A stretch of DNA of 64,000 nucleotides from Pristiophorus japonicus (lineage: Eukaryota). The position numbers and the translations under genes are program-made. The notes under the pieces were generated by a model. It made no database searches and was not told the origin of the DNA. It saw only the letters and a list, made by a program, of their open reading frames with translations. This document shows positions 11,826-23,905 of this stretch, one piece after another. How positions within the stretch are numbered: the stretch's first letter is position 1; the number at the start of each line of letters is the position of its first letter. The stretch is from positions 744,001 to 808,000 of the forward strand of contig NC_091994.1 of NCBI RefSeq assembly GCF_044704955.1. Direction: 5' to 3'.

Positions 11826-11931
11826 GGATCTGCCCAGTGGGTGATACTCGAGTTCCCTCAGTCTGTAAAGGTGACTGAATTGCTGCTCCAGTTCCAAGGT
11901 GGATTTACAGGTAGAGCGTGCAGGCTCGAAG
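11826..11931 (+). CDS. NR2C2AP: NR2C2AP coding exon 3
   Basis: ttcag|GSAQWVILEFPQSVKVTELLLQFQGGFTGRACRLE G|gtaaat; conserved QWV.LEFPQ and QFQGGF. Confidence 0.95.
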
Positions 11932-12194
11932 GTAAATGCAGACTGAACCATGAGTAACATTCCCCACTCTCCCGCACAACCGCACCCAGTACTGCCATCG
12001 CCTGACGTCCTCGCGCAAGCACACATTCCAACCAATGAGCAGTGACCCCGACTTATCTCTCCCCCTGCACCCACCCAACCATCCCCACTCTTTAGCCCAG
12101 AGTTACTGAGACCAAGTACGGTGACCCCCTTCTCCACCCTGGCTCACATCAAGGGATTGAACCATGGACTGTCCAGGGTCCTTGTAGGAAGAAT

Positions 12195-12970
12195 AAAAAA
12201 GCAAATGATTATTTAAATGAAGAGAGACTGCAGGATGCTGCAGTACAGAGGGACCTGGGGGTCCTTGTAAGTGAAACACAAAAAGTCAGTATGCAGGTTC
12301 AGCAAGTAATTGGGAAGGCCAATGGTATGTTGGCCTTTATTGCAAGGGGGATGGAGTATAAAAGCAGAGAAGTCCTGCTACAACTGTACAGGGTATTGGT
12401 GAGGCCACACCTGGAGTACTGCGTACAATTTAGGTCTCTGTATTTAAGGAGAAATATACTTGTATTGGAGGCAGTTCAGAGAAGGTTCACTAGGTTGATT
12501 CCTGAGATGAAGGGGTTGTCTTATAAAGAAAGATTGAGCAGGTTGGACCTATACTCATTGGAGTTTAGAAGAATGAGAGGTGATCTTATTGAAACATATA
12601 AGATAATGAGGGGGCTCGACAGGGTAGATGCAGAGAGGATGTTTCCCGTCGTGGGGGAATCTAGAACTAGGGGCATAGTTTCGGAATAAGGGGTCGCTCA
12701 TTTAAAACTGAGACGAGGAGGAATTTCTTCTGTGAGGGTTGTAAATCTGTGGAATTCTCTGCCCCAGAGAGCTGTGGAGGCTGGGTCATTGAATATATTT
12801 AAGGTGGAGATAGACAGATTTTTGAGCGATAAGGGAGTGAAGGGTTATGGGGAGCGGGCGGGGAAGTGGAGCTGAGTCCATGATCAGATCAGCCATGATC
12901 TTATTGAATGGTGGAGCAGGCTCGAGGGGCCAAATGGCCAACTCCTGCTCTTATTTCTTATATTCTTATG
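12195..12970 (+). mobile_element. CR1 3' fragment
   Basis: MQVQQVIGKANGMLAFIARG...RPHLEYCVQF; 3' tail. Confidence 0.9.
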
Positions 12971-13479
12971 TCGGTTCTTCAAAAGAACCATGAGTGAGAT
13001 TACAGGAAAGTAGTGCATTGTTACGATCGGGAACTGGCTGAAATGGCGTTCGAAGCAGATTCAATAGTAACTTTCAAAATGGGAATTGGATCAATACTTG
13101 AAAAGCCCAAATTTCAGGGCTACGGAAGAGCTGGAGAGAATGTAGGACTAATTGTATTCAAAGACCCAGCACAGACAAGATGGGCCAAGTGGCCTCCTTG
13201 CGTGCTGTAAGATTCTATGGCTCATTTCCACCCTGAATTCGTCAACTGCGCTATCGGAAGAGGCCCAGTCTTAAATGTTCGAAAGGGCGATGCCAGGTTG
13301 GTGTCTGCCACTCTTCTGTTTTGTGTTTTAATGATGCCAATTAGAAGCAGCCAGATAGCGTGAATGGCAACGCAGGGCCATGGGTAGCATCTCCCGTCTT
13401 ACTCGAGGTCAGTATCCAAGCTTAATTGCATGGAGCCTCAGACACTGCGTCTAAAGTTTAAATCCCTGTCCCCGTTAAA

Positions 13480-15159
13480 AAAGAAAGACTTGCACTTCTA
13501 TAGCACCTATCATGATCACTGGACATCTCAACACGCTTTACAACGAATGAAGTACTTTTGGAGTGCAGTCACTGTTGTAATGTAGGAAACACGGCAGCCA
13601 ATTTGTGCACAGCTAGCTCCCACAAACAGCAACGTGATAATGACCAAATAATCTGTTTTTTGTTATGTTGATTGAGGAATAAATATTGACCCAGATCACC
13701 GGGGATAACTCCCCTGCTTTTCTTCGAAATAGTGCCCTGGGATCTTCTACAGCGACCTGAGAGGGCTTCAGTTTAACATCTCATTGGAAAGACTGCCCCT
13801 CCGACAGTGCGGGGCTCCCTCAGCACTGCCCCTCCGACAGTGCGGGGCTCCCTCAGCACCGCCCCTCCGACACTCCCTCAGTACTGCCCCTCCGACACTC
13901 CCTCAGTACCGCCCCTCCGACACTCCCTCAGTACCGCCCCTCCGACAGCGCGGCGCTCCCTCAGTACCGCCCCTCCGACAGCGCGGCGCTCCCTCAGTAC
14001 CGCCCCTCCGACAGCGCGGCGCTCCCTCAGTACCGCCCCTCCGACAGCGCGGCGCTCCCTCAGTACCGCCCCTCCGACAGCGCGGCGCTCCCTCAGTACC
14101 GCCCCTCCGACAGCGCGGCGCTCCCTCAGTACCGCCCCTCCGACAGCGCGGCGCTCCCTCAGTACCGCCCCTCCGACAGCGCGGCGCTCCCTCAGTACCG
14201 CCCCTCCGACAGTGCGGCGCTCCCTCAGTACCGCCCCTCCGACAGTGCGGCGCTCCCTCAGTACCGCCCCTCCGACAGTGCGGCGCTCCCTCAGTACCGC
14301 CCCTCCGACAGTGCGGCGCTCCCTCAGTACCGCCCCTCCGACAGTGCGGCGCTCCCTCAGTACCGCCCCTCCGACAGTGCGGCGCTCCCTCAGTACCGCC
14401 CCTCCGACAGTGCGGCGCTCCCTCAGTACCGCCCCTCCGACAGTGCGGCGCTCCCTCAGTACCGCCCCTCCGACAGTGCGGCGCTCCCTCAGTACCGCCC
14501 CTCCGACAGTGCGGCGCTCCCTCAGTACCGCCCCTCCGACAGTGCGGCGCTCCCTCAGTACTGCCCCTCCGACAGTGCGGCACTCCCTCAGTACCGCCCC
14601 TCCGACAGTGTGGCACTCCCTCAGTACCGTCCCTCCGACAGCGCGGCGCTCCCTCAGTACCGCCCCTCCGACAGTGCGGCGCTCCCTCAGTACCGCCCCT
14701 CCGACAGTGCGGCGCTCCCTCAGTACCGCCCCTCCGACAGTGCGGCGCTCCCTCAGTACTGCCCCTCCGACAGTGCGGCGCTCCCTCAGTACTGCCCCTC
14801 CGACAGTGCGGCACTCCCTCAGTACTGCCCCTCCGACAGTGCGGCACTCCCTCAGTACTGCCCCTCCGACAGTGTGGCACTCCCTCAGTACCGCCCCTCC
14901 GACAGTGCGGCGCTCCCTCAGTACCGTCCCTCCGACAGTGCGGCGCTCCCTCAGTACCGTCCCTCCGACAGTGCGGGGCTCCCTCAGTACCGCCCCTCCG
15001 ACAGTGCGGGGCTCTCTCAGCACCATCCCTCCAACAGTGCGCACTCCCTCAGTACTGCACTGGGAGGGTCAGCCTGGATTTTTGTGCGCAAGTCCCTGGA
15101 GTGGGACTCGAACCCACAACCTTCTGACTCGGAGGCGAGGGTGCTGCCCACTGAGCCAC
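13480..15159 (-). mobile_element. Full DeuSINE containing a 33-bp minisatellite (about 13795-15060, about 38 units)
   Basis: tRNA-like head at 15100-15159, Deu core 13600-13790, highly homogeneous array between. Confidence 0.9.
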
Positions 15160-15458
15160 TAATACCCGTACAGGAAGTTGTTGAGAATAACTTGGGATTT
15201 ATCCATCAGTGAGACAACAACGCTAAAATCAGCCCTTTCCAAATCTTCAGGTCCCGGAGATTGAAACAGGGCACACCAGAGAGTGAGAAATATTGATGCC
15301 AATAGATGTGAGCAACCCAAGCTTTGTGAACTTGGGCTGATAAAGTTTGGTTTTGTCTTTCCTCTGTGACTTGAAACCCAACAGGTCTCACGGTTTGCCA
15401 TGGTCTTGCTCATGTTGGAAATAGCTCCAGGACTGAAGTTATTTATCTTTTCTCTTAG

Positions 15459-15526
15459 GTGGCAGGAAGGGAGCCGATTTGGTGAAAATAACTGATTTCT
15501 ACCCTGAAGACACCAACCGCCTGCAG
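15459..15526 (+). CDS. NR2C2AP: NR2C2AP coding exon 4
   Basis: cttag|GT GRKGADLVKITDFYPEDTNRLQ|atatcctt; matches human KIVDFYPEDNNSLQ. Confidence 0.93.
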
Positions 15527-16657
15527 ATATCCTTCAGAGAGTGTGAATCCGCAATCGGTTCCTTTTGCACATAAGAACACAAGGGGTTGGCCATTTCGGA
15601 CTGAGATGAGGAGAGATTTCTTCACTCAGAGGGTTGTAAATCTTTGGAATTCTCTCCCCCAGAGGGCTATGGATGCTGAGTCGTTGAGTATATTCAAGGC
15701 TCAGATCGATGGATATTTAGACTCGAAGGGAATCGAGGGATATGGGGATCGGGCGGGAAAGTGGAGTTGAGGTCAAAAATCAGCCATGATCTTATTGAAT
15801 GGCGGAGCAGGCTCGAGGGGCCGAATGGCCGACTCCTGCTCCTAATTCTTACGATCTAACAGAAGAAATAGCAGGAGTAGGCCATGCTTGCAATGGGCCA
15901 CGCACTGAAAAAAAACCTTGATGGGGTGGGGGGGGGACATGGAGCGTTGTTCTAAACGGCAGTGGCAGCCCAGTTGGCGCTCTGAATATGTGGTGCCACA
16001 GAGCTGAAGGATGCCATATCCTATCCTGCACAGCAAGCTCCCAGTCTCGGCTACACCGCAATGCAATGCATTGCCAAAACAACGGGCATTGCACCAAACG
16101 GAAGCAAACCACATCTTGGATGACTGCTTATTGTATTCAGTGCTGTCGATGTTTAGCATTGTCAAATCAATGGAATGGATTGCTATCCCCACAAACCCCT
16201 CCCACTCCCGCACCTGGTACCACACCCAAATAGCCATTTTTCATGCACCTATCCAGACATTGAGTGTAGTGCATGCTATTTGACCATGGAAGCATCACAG
16301 CAGCGCCCAATCCCATTCTCACCTTACGTTCACACACGGCACTTTCCTGCTATGGGGGAATTAAGCGGGGTGAGTGGGGGTAAGGAGAGAGAGAGCCTGG
16401 TTTATTCTTGTCCGACCCTCTCGCCCCGGGCCAGCTGCTGCCCAACTGAGCAAATTCAGCCCAGACTGGGGACTGAATGATGGGCTGTGTGGATGGGTTT
16501 AACAATGGACAGCACCTTTATCCACTGGTCCATCAGCAGTGCTCCAGGAGTGCTCTTTAATGGTGAATGTTTGCATTTATGGACGCTGGGAGTGGGTTCT
16601 CTATAAATTGTTCTTCGTCAAATAAATCACACTCTTCTTCCTTAACCTGCGACTCAC
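15527..16657 (+). other. U12-type (minor spliceosome) AT-AC intron of NR2C2AP
   Basis: 5' ss ATATCCTT at 15527, branch point TTCCTTAAC 16638-16646, 3' ss CAC at 16655-16657; phase 0 keeps the frame. Confidence 0.92.
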
Positions 16658-16780
16658 AGATTCTCCATCCAAGAGGTATCCATCGCCGACAAACTAAAAG
16701 TCATATTTGAGAAAAGCACGGACTTCTTTGGAAGAATTGTTCTCTATCATCTTGATGTTCTTGGTGAGAAATTGTTGTGA
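16658..16780 (+). CDS. NR2C2AP: NR2C2AP coding exon 5 (to stop)
   Basis: RFSIQEVSIADKLKVIFEKSTDFFGRIVLYHLDVLGEKLL*; matches human DRLKVTFEDATDFFGRVVIYHLRVLGEKV. Confidence 0.95.
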   Translation, partial: RFSIQEVSIADKLKVIFEKSTDFFGRIVLYHLDVLGEKLL

Positions 16781-17025
16781 CGCATCAGATTACACACGCG
16801 GCCAGGAGAACTAAGCAATGGACCAAAAACCAGCCGGATATTGGGGTGCCCCGATCACACTGTATCAGTGCCTCATGAGCCATAAACTCTAGCCTGATGC
16901 TTTGCCTGGTTTTCGCTGTTTGGCTAATCAATACTGAAACTTGCCTTGGATCAATGAGAAGGGGAAAAGACTATGTCTGATAAAGATGGAGAAAAAATGG
17001 CTGGATTAATGGTATTTTAAAAAAA

Positions 17026-17031
17026 AATAAA
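17026..17031 (+). terminator. Candidate NR2C2AP polyadenylation signal
   Basis: First AATAAA after the stop, followed by T-rich sequence. Confidence 0.5.
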
Positions 17032-17789
17032 GTAGCACACATTTTTATTACATTTTTTCCACATCTGATGTGTTCACAAATTAATTTACTTTTGGAGTAC
17101 GGTGTAGGGTCATAGAATAGAATCACATAGCACAGGAGGCCATTCGGCCCATCATGCCTGTGCCTGTGCTTTGACAGAGCGATCCAATCAGTCTCACTCC
17201 CCCCCGCTCTTTCCCCACAGCCCGGCACATTTTCCCCCTTCAAGTATTTATCCAAGTCCCGTTTGAAAGTTACTATTGAATCTGCTCCCACCGCCCTTTC
17301 AGGCAGCGTGTTCCCGATCACAACAACTCGCTGAGTTAAAAAAAAATTACGTTTCCTCATCTCCTTCTCTGGTTCTTTTGCCAATGACTTTAAATCTGTG
17401 TCCTCTGGTTACCGGGCCGCCTGCCAATGGAAACCGTTTCTCCCCATATACTCTATCAAAGCCTCTCAGAATGTTATTATAATATACCAGCAGTGATCGT
17501 TGTTATGTAGGCAGACATACTGGGGCAGCAATGTCCCACAAACAGCAATGAGATTAATAACGATGTCCTAAATCTAGTTTATTGTTCGATGAGAAATGTT
17601 GGTCAAGAGACTGGAGAACTCCCTGTTGTTGCTTCATGGTGTACAAGGCTCTGGGGTATCCTGTATATCTCTATCAAAGTCCATTCTTAATTGCCTCCTT
17701 TCAGACTGAAGAGTTTATAACCTTTCCTTATTGCTCAGCCCACTGAGACTTGGGGATTAACCGTCTATCCTTTCTCATTATAACTACTT

Positions 17790-19315
17790 TGGCTCACAAA
17801 GGATTGGCGTACAAGAGTCAAAAAGTCTTACCACACCTGGAGTATTGTGCACAGTTCTGGTTTCCTTGCCTAAGGAAGAATATACTTAATGTGGAGGGAG
17901 TGCAACGAAGGTTCTCTAGGCTGATTCCTGGGATGGGGGGATTGTCCTCTGAGATTGAGGAGATTAGGCCGATATTCCCTAGAATTTAGAAGAATGAGCA
18001 ATGATCTCATCAAAATCTATAAAATTCTTATAGGGTAGATGCTGGGAGGATGTTTCCCCCGAGCTGGGGAGTCCAGAACCAGGGGTCACAGTCTCAGGAT
18101 AAGGGGTCGGCCATTTAGAACTGAGATGAGGAGGAATTTCTTCACTCAGAGGGAGGTGAATCGTTGGAATTCTCTGCCCCAGAGGGCTGTGCAGACTCAT
18201 TAAGAATATTCAAGACAGAGATCGATATATTTTTGGATAGTAAAGGAATGGGGGATATGGGGATCGGGCGGGAAAGTGGAGTTGAGGTAATGATCAGCCA
18301 TGATCTCATTGAATGGCGGAGCAGGCTCAAGGGGCCGAATGGCCTACTCCTCCTTCTATTTCTTATGTTCTTATGTAATGTATTACTTTGTTGGTAAAAT
18401 GGAGCTGTGTGTAACCTTGTTCATCCCTTTAAAATTACAAGATGTATTTGTAAAGTCACTTAGAGGCTAATTGCACACCCAGAGGTCAATGAGAGACTAA
18501 TTGCTCCGCACCGTAGAGAGAGGGTTGCCACCTTTAAGTCAAGTCCAAAACAGCGCGGAGAACGGTATCCAGGCTTCAGTTCTTGGCTCAGTTGGTAGCG
18601 CTCCCTCCTGAGTCAGAAGCTCATGGATTCAAGCCCCACTCCAGGATGTAGGCACCTAATCTAGGCTACCACTTCAGTGCTGCACTGTCGGGGGTGCCCG
18701 TCTTTTGGATGAGACGTTAAACCGAGGCCCCGTCTGTCTGTTCAGCGTAGTATTCCAAGAAGAACGGGGAGAAAGTTTTGGTTTCCATATTTAAGAAAGG
18801 ATATACTTGCTTTGGAGGCAGTTCAGAAAAGGTTCACTCGGTTGATTCCAGGGTTGAGGGGGTTGACTTATGAGGAAAGGTTGAGTAGGTTGGGCCTCGA
18901 CTTATTAGAATTCAGAAGAATGAGAGATGATCTTATGGAAACGTATCAGATTATGAGGGGGCTCGACAAGGTGGATGCAGAGAGGATGTTTCCACTGGTG
19001 GGGGAGACTAGAACTAAGGGGGCATAATCTTAGAATAAGGGGCCACCCATTTAAAACTGAGATGAGGAGAAATTTCTTCTCTCAGGGTTATAAATCTGTG
19101 GAATTCTCTGCCCCAGAGAGCTGTGGAAGCCGGGACATTGAATAAATTTAAGACAGAAATAGACAGTTTCTTAAACGATAAGGGAGTAAAAGGTTATGGG
19201 GAGCGGGCAGGGAAGTGGAGCTGAGTCCATGATCAGATCAGCCATGATCTTATTAAATGGCGGAGCAGGCTCGAGGGGCCGTATGGCCTGCTCCTGCTCC
19301 TATTTCTTATGTTCT
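17790..19315 (+). mobile_element. CR1 3' fragments (17790-18375, 18775-19315) and an interrupted DeuSINE (from about 18585)
   Basis: CR1 C-terminal motifs and tails; SINE head tggctcagttggtagc. Confidence 0.8.
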
Positions 19316-19555
19316 AAAAGGTACCTTGACCAACATCATTGAAAACTTCTTGTGTTGCTGCTGGTGGGATCTTGCTGTGTGCTGCTGCGTTTGCCTACGG
19401 AACAACAATGGCCGCATGCCAAAAAGTAATTAGTCCGCTGAGCAGCGCTCCGGAAGGTCCCGAGTATGTGAAAGGTGTCGTATAAATGCACACCGCTCTT
19501 CCCATGACCATTGACACAGATGCTAATCGACAGGAAACTGTAACCACATCACGAG

Positions 19556-19689
19556 CAATGTTTCCCGTTAATCTGCGCGGCGGTCTGGAAGTCACGCACA
19601 GGCCGTTCACTAGGGGGGGGGGGGACAACCGCGCACAAGTGCAAATTGACGGGGCCGCACACCCAAAAAATAAATTAGAGGGAACATTG
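19556..19689. mobile_element. hAT-family MITE
   Basis: Imperfect TIRs caatgtttcccgttaat / attagagggaacattg; perfect 8-bp TSD atcacgag at 19548-19555 and 19690-19697. Confidence 0.85.
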
Positions 19690-19958
19690 ATCACGAGACG
19701 GAGAAGTGACTGGGAAGACAAAAAAATTGACTTTTTAATTATTATATTAAAAAAATAAACTTTTACATGTCTTTAGAAATCTGCAGATAGCCCACTCCCA
19801 AAATAAAACCTGACCAGTGCAAATTGGTCAGCTACAAGCCCGTTATTTACAGAGCAGTTTGTGTAACAGTTACTGTGTGTCTGGGACCGGTCCACCTCCA
19901 TCAGAAATCGCCTCCGGCTGTTCCCCTTGATCTTGTAGGCCTTTAAAGCCCTGTTGAT

Positions 19959-19964
19959 TTTATT
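19959..19964 (-). terminator. Candidate RFXANK polyadenylation signal
   Basis: AATAAA on the minus strand about 90 nt after the stop; other candidates exist further downstream. Confidence 0.35.
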
Positions 19965-20050
19965 TCAATGTAGCAGATGGGCAAGAGTTGCCCTTCGAAA
20001 GTCTCTGAGGCTCCCGATGAGCTTCACGCAGGCCACGAGGAAATGCCTGA

Positions 20051-20175
20051 CTAGTGTTTGTTGACTGTTGTTGCTTGTACCTGCGGCTGTTGTCTGGTTC
20101 CGTTGCTCGCGCCCTTTGAGCACTCTTTGTTGTTCCCAAGCAGCTTCAGGACGTGGTTTTCAATGGCTTGTTGCA
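20051..20175 (-). CDS. RFXANK: RFXANK coding exon 8 (to stop)
   Basis: ttttag|(V)QQAIENHVLKLLGNNKECSKGASNGTRQQPQVQATTVNKH*; matches human VQQVIENHILKLF; a weak internal donor (CAG|GTACAA) is possible. Confidence 0.85.
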
Positions 20176-20209
20176 CTAAAACACAAAGAATCAACAAAGT
20201 GAAAGTGAA

Positions 20210-21165
20210 AAGTGGCAACCAGTAACTAGTGGGGTGCTGCAGGGATCATTGCTGAGACCCCAACTATTTACAATCTATATTACCGACTTGGAAGAAGGGA
20301 CTGAGTGTAATGTAGCCAAGTTTGCTGACGATACAAAGATGGGAGGAAAAGCAATGTGTGAGGAGGACACAAAAAATCTGCAAAAGGACATCGACCGGCT
20401 AAGTGAGTGGGCAAAAATTTGGTTGATGGAGTATAATGGTAGAAAGTGTGAGGTCATGCACTTTGGCAGAAAAAAAATCGAAGAGCAAGTTATTATTTAA
20501 ATGAAGAAAAATTGCAAAGTGCTGCAGTACAGCGGGACCTGGGGGTACGGTGCATGAAACACAAAAGGTTAATATGCAGTTACAGCAAGTGATCAGGAAG
20601 GCCAAATGGAATCTCTGCCTTTATTGCAAAGGGGATGGAGTTTCAAAGCAGGGACGTCTTGCTACAGTTATACAGGGTATTGGTGAGGGTACACCTGGAA
20701 TACCGCGTACAATTTTGGTTTCCATATTTAAGAAAGGATATACTTGTTTTGGAGGCAGTTCAAAGAAGGTTCACTCGGTTGATTCCGGAGATGAGGGGGT
20801 TGACTTATGAGGAAAGGTTGAGTCGGTTGGGCCTCTACTTATTAGAATTCAGAAGAATGAGAGGTGATCTTATCGATTATGAGGGGGCTTGACAAGGTGG
20901 ATGCAGAGAGGATGTTCCCACTGATGGGGGAGACTAGAACTAGAGGGTATGGTCTTAGAATAAGGGGCCGCCCATTTAAAACTGAGATGAGGAGGAATTT
21001 CTTCTCTGAGGGTTGTAAATCTGTGGAATTCTCTGCCCCAGAGAGCTGTGGAGGCTGGGACATTGAATATATTTAAGGCGGAGATAGACAGATTTTTGAG
21101 CGATAAGGGAGTGAAGGGTTATGGGGAGTGGGCAGGGAAGTGGAGCTGAGTCCATGATCAGATCA
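20210..21165 (+). mobile_element. CR1 RT/3' fragment, frameshifted
   Basis: QGS..PQLFTIYI.DL, KFADDTK. Confidence 0.9.
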
Positions 21166-22208
21166 GTTAGATCATGTCTGATCTGTATCTTAATTCCATC
21201 TACCCGCCTTAATTCGATAAACCTTAATACCTTTACTCAACAAAAATTGGTCAATCTCAGTTTTGAAATTTCCCAATTGACACCCAGCCTCGAGCATTTT
21301 GGGGGAGAGAGTACGGATGAGGCTGGCAACACACGCACACACTCAACTCCACTCTCAAGCACTGACCACCCTCAGCGATCCTCACCGAAGTGACTATTCT
21401 TCATGTGTCAGTCTTGGCAGCAGGTTATTCAACCGTGACCAGCTCAGCCTAGCCTTAAAGTGTTCTTACCACACACACACACCTTCCAAAACTGAACAAA
21501 ACCTCCAAAGGCCATTCCTTCATCGTCGCTGGGTCACAATCCTGGAAACTCCCTCCCCAACAGCACTGTGGGAGCACCTTCACCACAGGGACTGCAGCGG
21601 TTCAAGAAAGTGGCTCACCACCACCTTCTCAAGGGCAATTAGGGATGGGCAATAAATGCCGGCCCTGTCAGCGACACCCACATCCTGGAATGAATAAAAA
21701 TAAAACTGGATAGCAATCAGGAGTAGAAGCCCTAGCTGATTATCTCCATGCATGATGTTTGCAGGGTGACCAGTTCTGGTGATTAAGCAACCCTTTCTTC
21801 ATTATCCACATAGCTGCTGATTTGCTGCGACTCTTTAATGAATCAGCCCAGTGTGTCCCCAGGCCTGTCGGTTCTCACCTGGACCATTGATGGAGCATCT
21901 TGGCTGAGAGGGAAGGCGAGACCCTCATTTCAAACCACCTCAAATGCACCCCCTTGCTGCTGGACAGCTGGTGACCTGTAGAACGTGAATAGGATTGGAC
22001 AGAGCCAACACAATTTATGAAAGGGAAATCATGTTTGACAAACCTTGAGGTTGTAACTAGCAGAATAGATGAGGGGGAACTAGTGGATGTGGTGTATTTG
22101 GATTTTCAGAAGAGAGGGAAGAAAATTGGGAGTGAGCTGCGGGTTGGGAGGGAAAGATGATGAACAAGGAGCTGGAAGAGATTGCTGAAAGGAATGTTGA
22201 AGACTTGC

Positions 22209-22289
22209 CTTTTTTAAAGCCCAGAGCTACAGCCAGGTCCATCGGACTGTAGCCAGAGTCTGCCTCCATTGTTAAATCTGCCCCATTGG
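22209..22289 (-). CDS. RFXANK: RFXANK coding exon 7
   Basis: caacag|(A)[27 protein letters not shown]|gcaagt (GC donor). Confidence 0.93.
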
Positions 22290-22429
22290 CTGTTGAAATA
22301 GAGAAACACAAAACTACCATTAAACTCAATCACTCAATAAATCTGCACTAAAACACAGACAATGCTGCAACTACTCAACCAGTCGGGCAGCATCTGTGGA
22401 GCCATGTTGTAGGTTTGAAGAGATAATGG

Positions 22430-23905
22430 GGGTGCATAGATTATCATCTTTCAAAATTCTGTTGATTCTGGAACGGTTCCTGCAGATTGGAAGGTTGCAA
22501 ATGTAACCCCGCTTTTTAAGAAAGGAGGGAGAGAGAAAATGGGGAACTACAGACCAGTTAGCCTGACATCTGTAGTAGGGAAAATGCTAGAATCTATTAT
22601 TAAGGACGTGGTAACAGGGCACTTAGAAACTAATAATAGGATTGGACCGAGCCAATACAGATTTATGAAAGGGAAATCATGTTTGACAAATCTGTTAAGA
22701 GTTTTTTGAGGTTGTCACTTGCACAATAGATAAGGGGGAACCAGTGGATGTGATGTATTTGGATTTTCAGAAGGCATTCGATAAGGTGCCACACAAGATG
22801 TTATTGAACAAAATTGGGGCTCATGAGATTGGGGGTAATATACTAGCATAGATTGACGATTGGTTAATGAATAGAGACTAGGAATAAACGGTTATTTTGG
22901 GGTTGGCAGGCTGTAACTCGTGGGGTACCACAAGGATCGGTATTGGGGCCCCAGATATTCACAATCTGTATCAATGATGTGGATGAGGGGACCCAATGTA
23001 ATATATCCAAGTTTGCTGATGATACAACGCTCAGTGGGAATGTAAGTTGTGAGGAGGATGCAAAGAGGCTTCAAGGGGATATAGACAGACTGAGTGAGTG
23101 GGCAAGAACATGGCAAATGGAATATAATGTGGAGAAATGTGAAGTTATCCACTTTGGTGAGAAAATAGAAAAGCAAAGTAATTTTTAAATGGTGAGAGAT
23201 TGGGAAATGTTGGTGTTCAGAGGGACCTGGGGGTCCTTGTACACCAATCACAAAGTTAACCTGCAGGTACAGCAAGTGATTAAAGCAAATGGTATGTTGG
23301 CATTTATTACAGGAGGATTTGAGTATAAGAGTAAAGAAGTCTTACTGCAATTATATCGGGCCCTGGTGAGACCTGGAGTATTGTGCACAGTTTTGGTCTC
23401 CTTACTGAAGGAAGGATATACTTGCCATTGAGGGAGTGCAACGAAGGTTCACCAGACTGATTCCTGGGATGGGGGGATTGACCTATGAGGAGAGATTGAG
23501 CAGACTGGGCCGATATTCTCTAGAGTTTAGAAGAATGAGAGGTGATCTCAGTGAAACATACAAAATTCTTACAGGGCTTGACAGGGTAGATGCAGGGAGG
23601 ATGTTTTCCCCGGGCTGGGGAGTCTAGAACCAGGGGTCACTGTCTCAGGATAAGGGGTCGGCCAATTAGGACTGAGATGAGGAGAAATTTCTTCACTCAG
23701 ATTCACCATCTTTGGAATTCTCTGTCCCAGAGGGCTGTGGAGACTCAGTCGTTGAATATATTTAAGTCAGAGATCGATAGATGTTTTTGATATTATGAGG
23801 ATTGGGCGGGAAAGTGGAGTTGAGGTCGAAGATCAGCCAGGATCTTGTTGAATGGCGGAGCAGGCTCGAGAAGCCGAATGGCCAACTCTTAATTCGTATG
23901 TTCTT
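22430..23905 (+). mobile_element. CR1 RT to 3' end, decayed
   Basis: GNYRPVSLTS, KFADDT, WNSL motifs with frameshifts. Confidence 0.9.

Noticed and set aside
13784-15212. Long repetitive ORFs on both strands (also 754-1871, 29611-30316, 32914-33411)
   Set aside because: 33-bp SINE-derived minisatellite with no coding signal.
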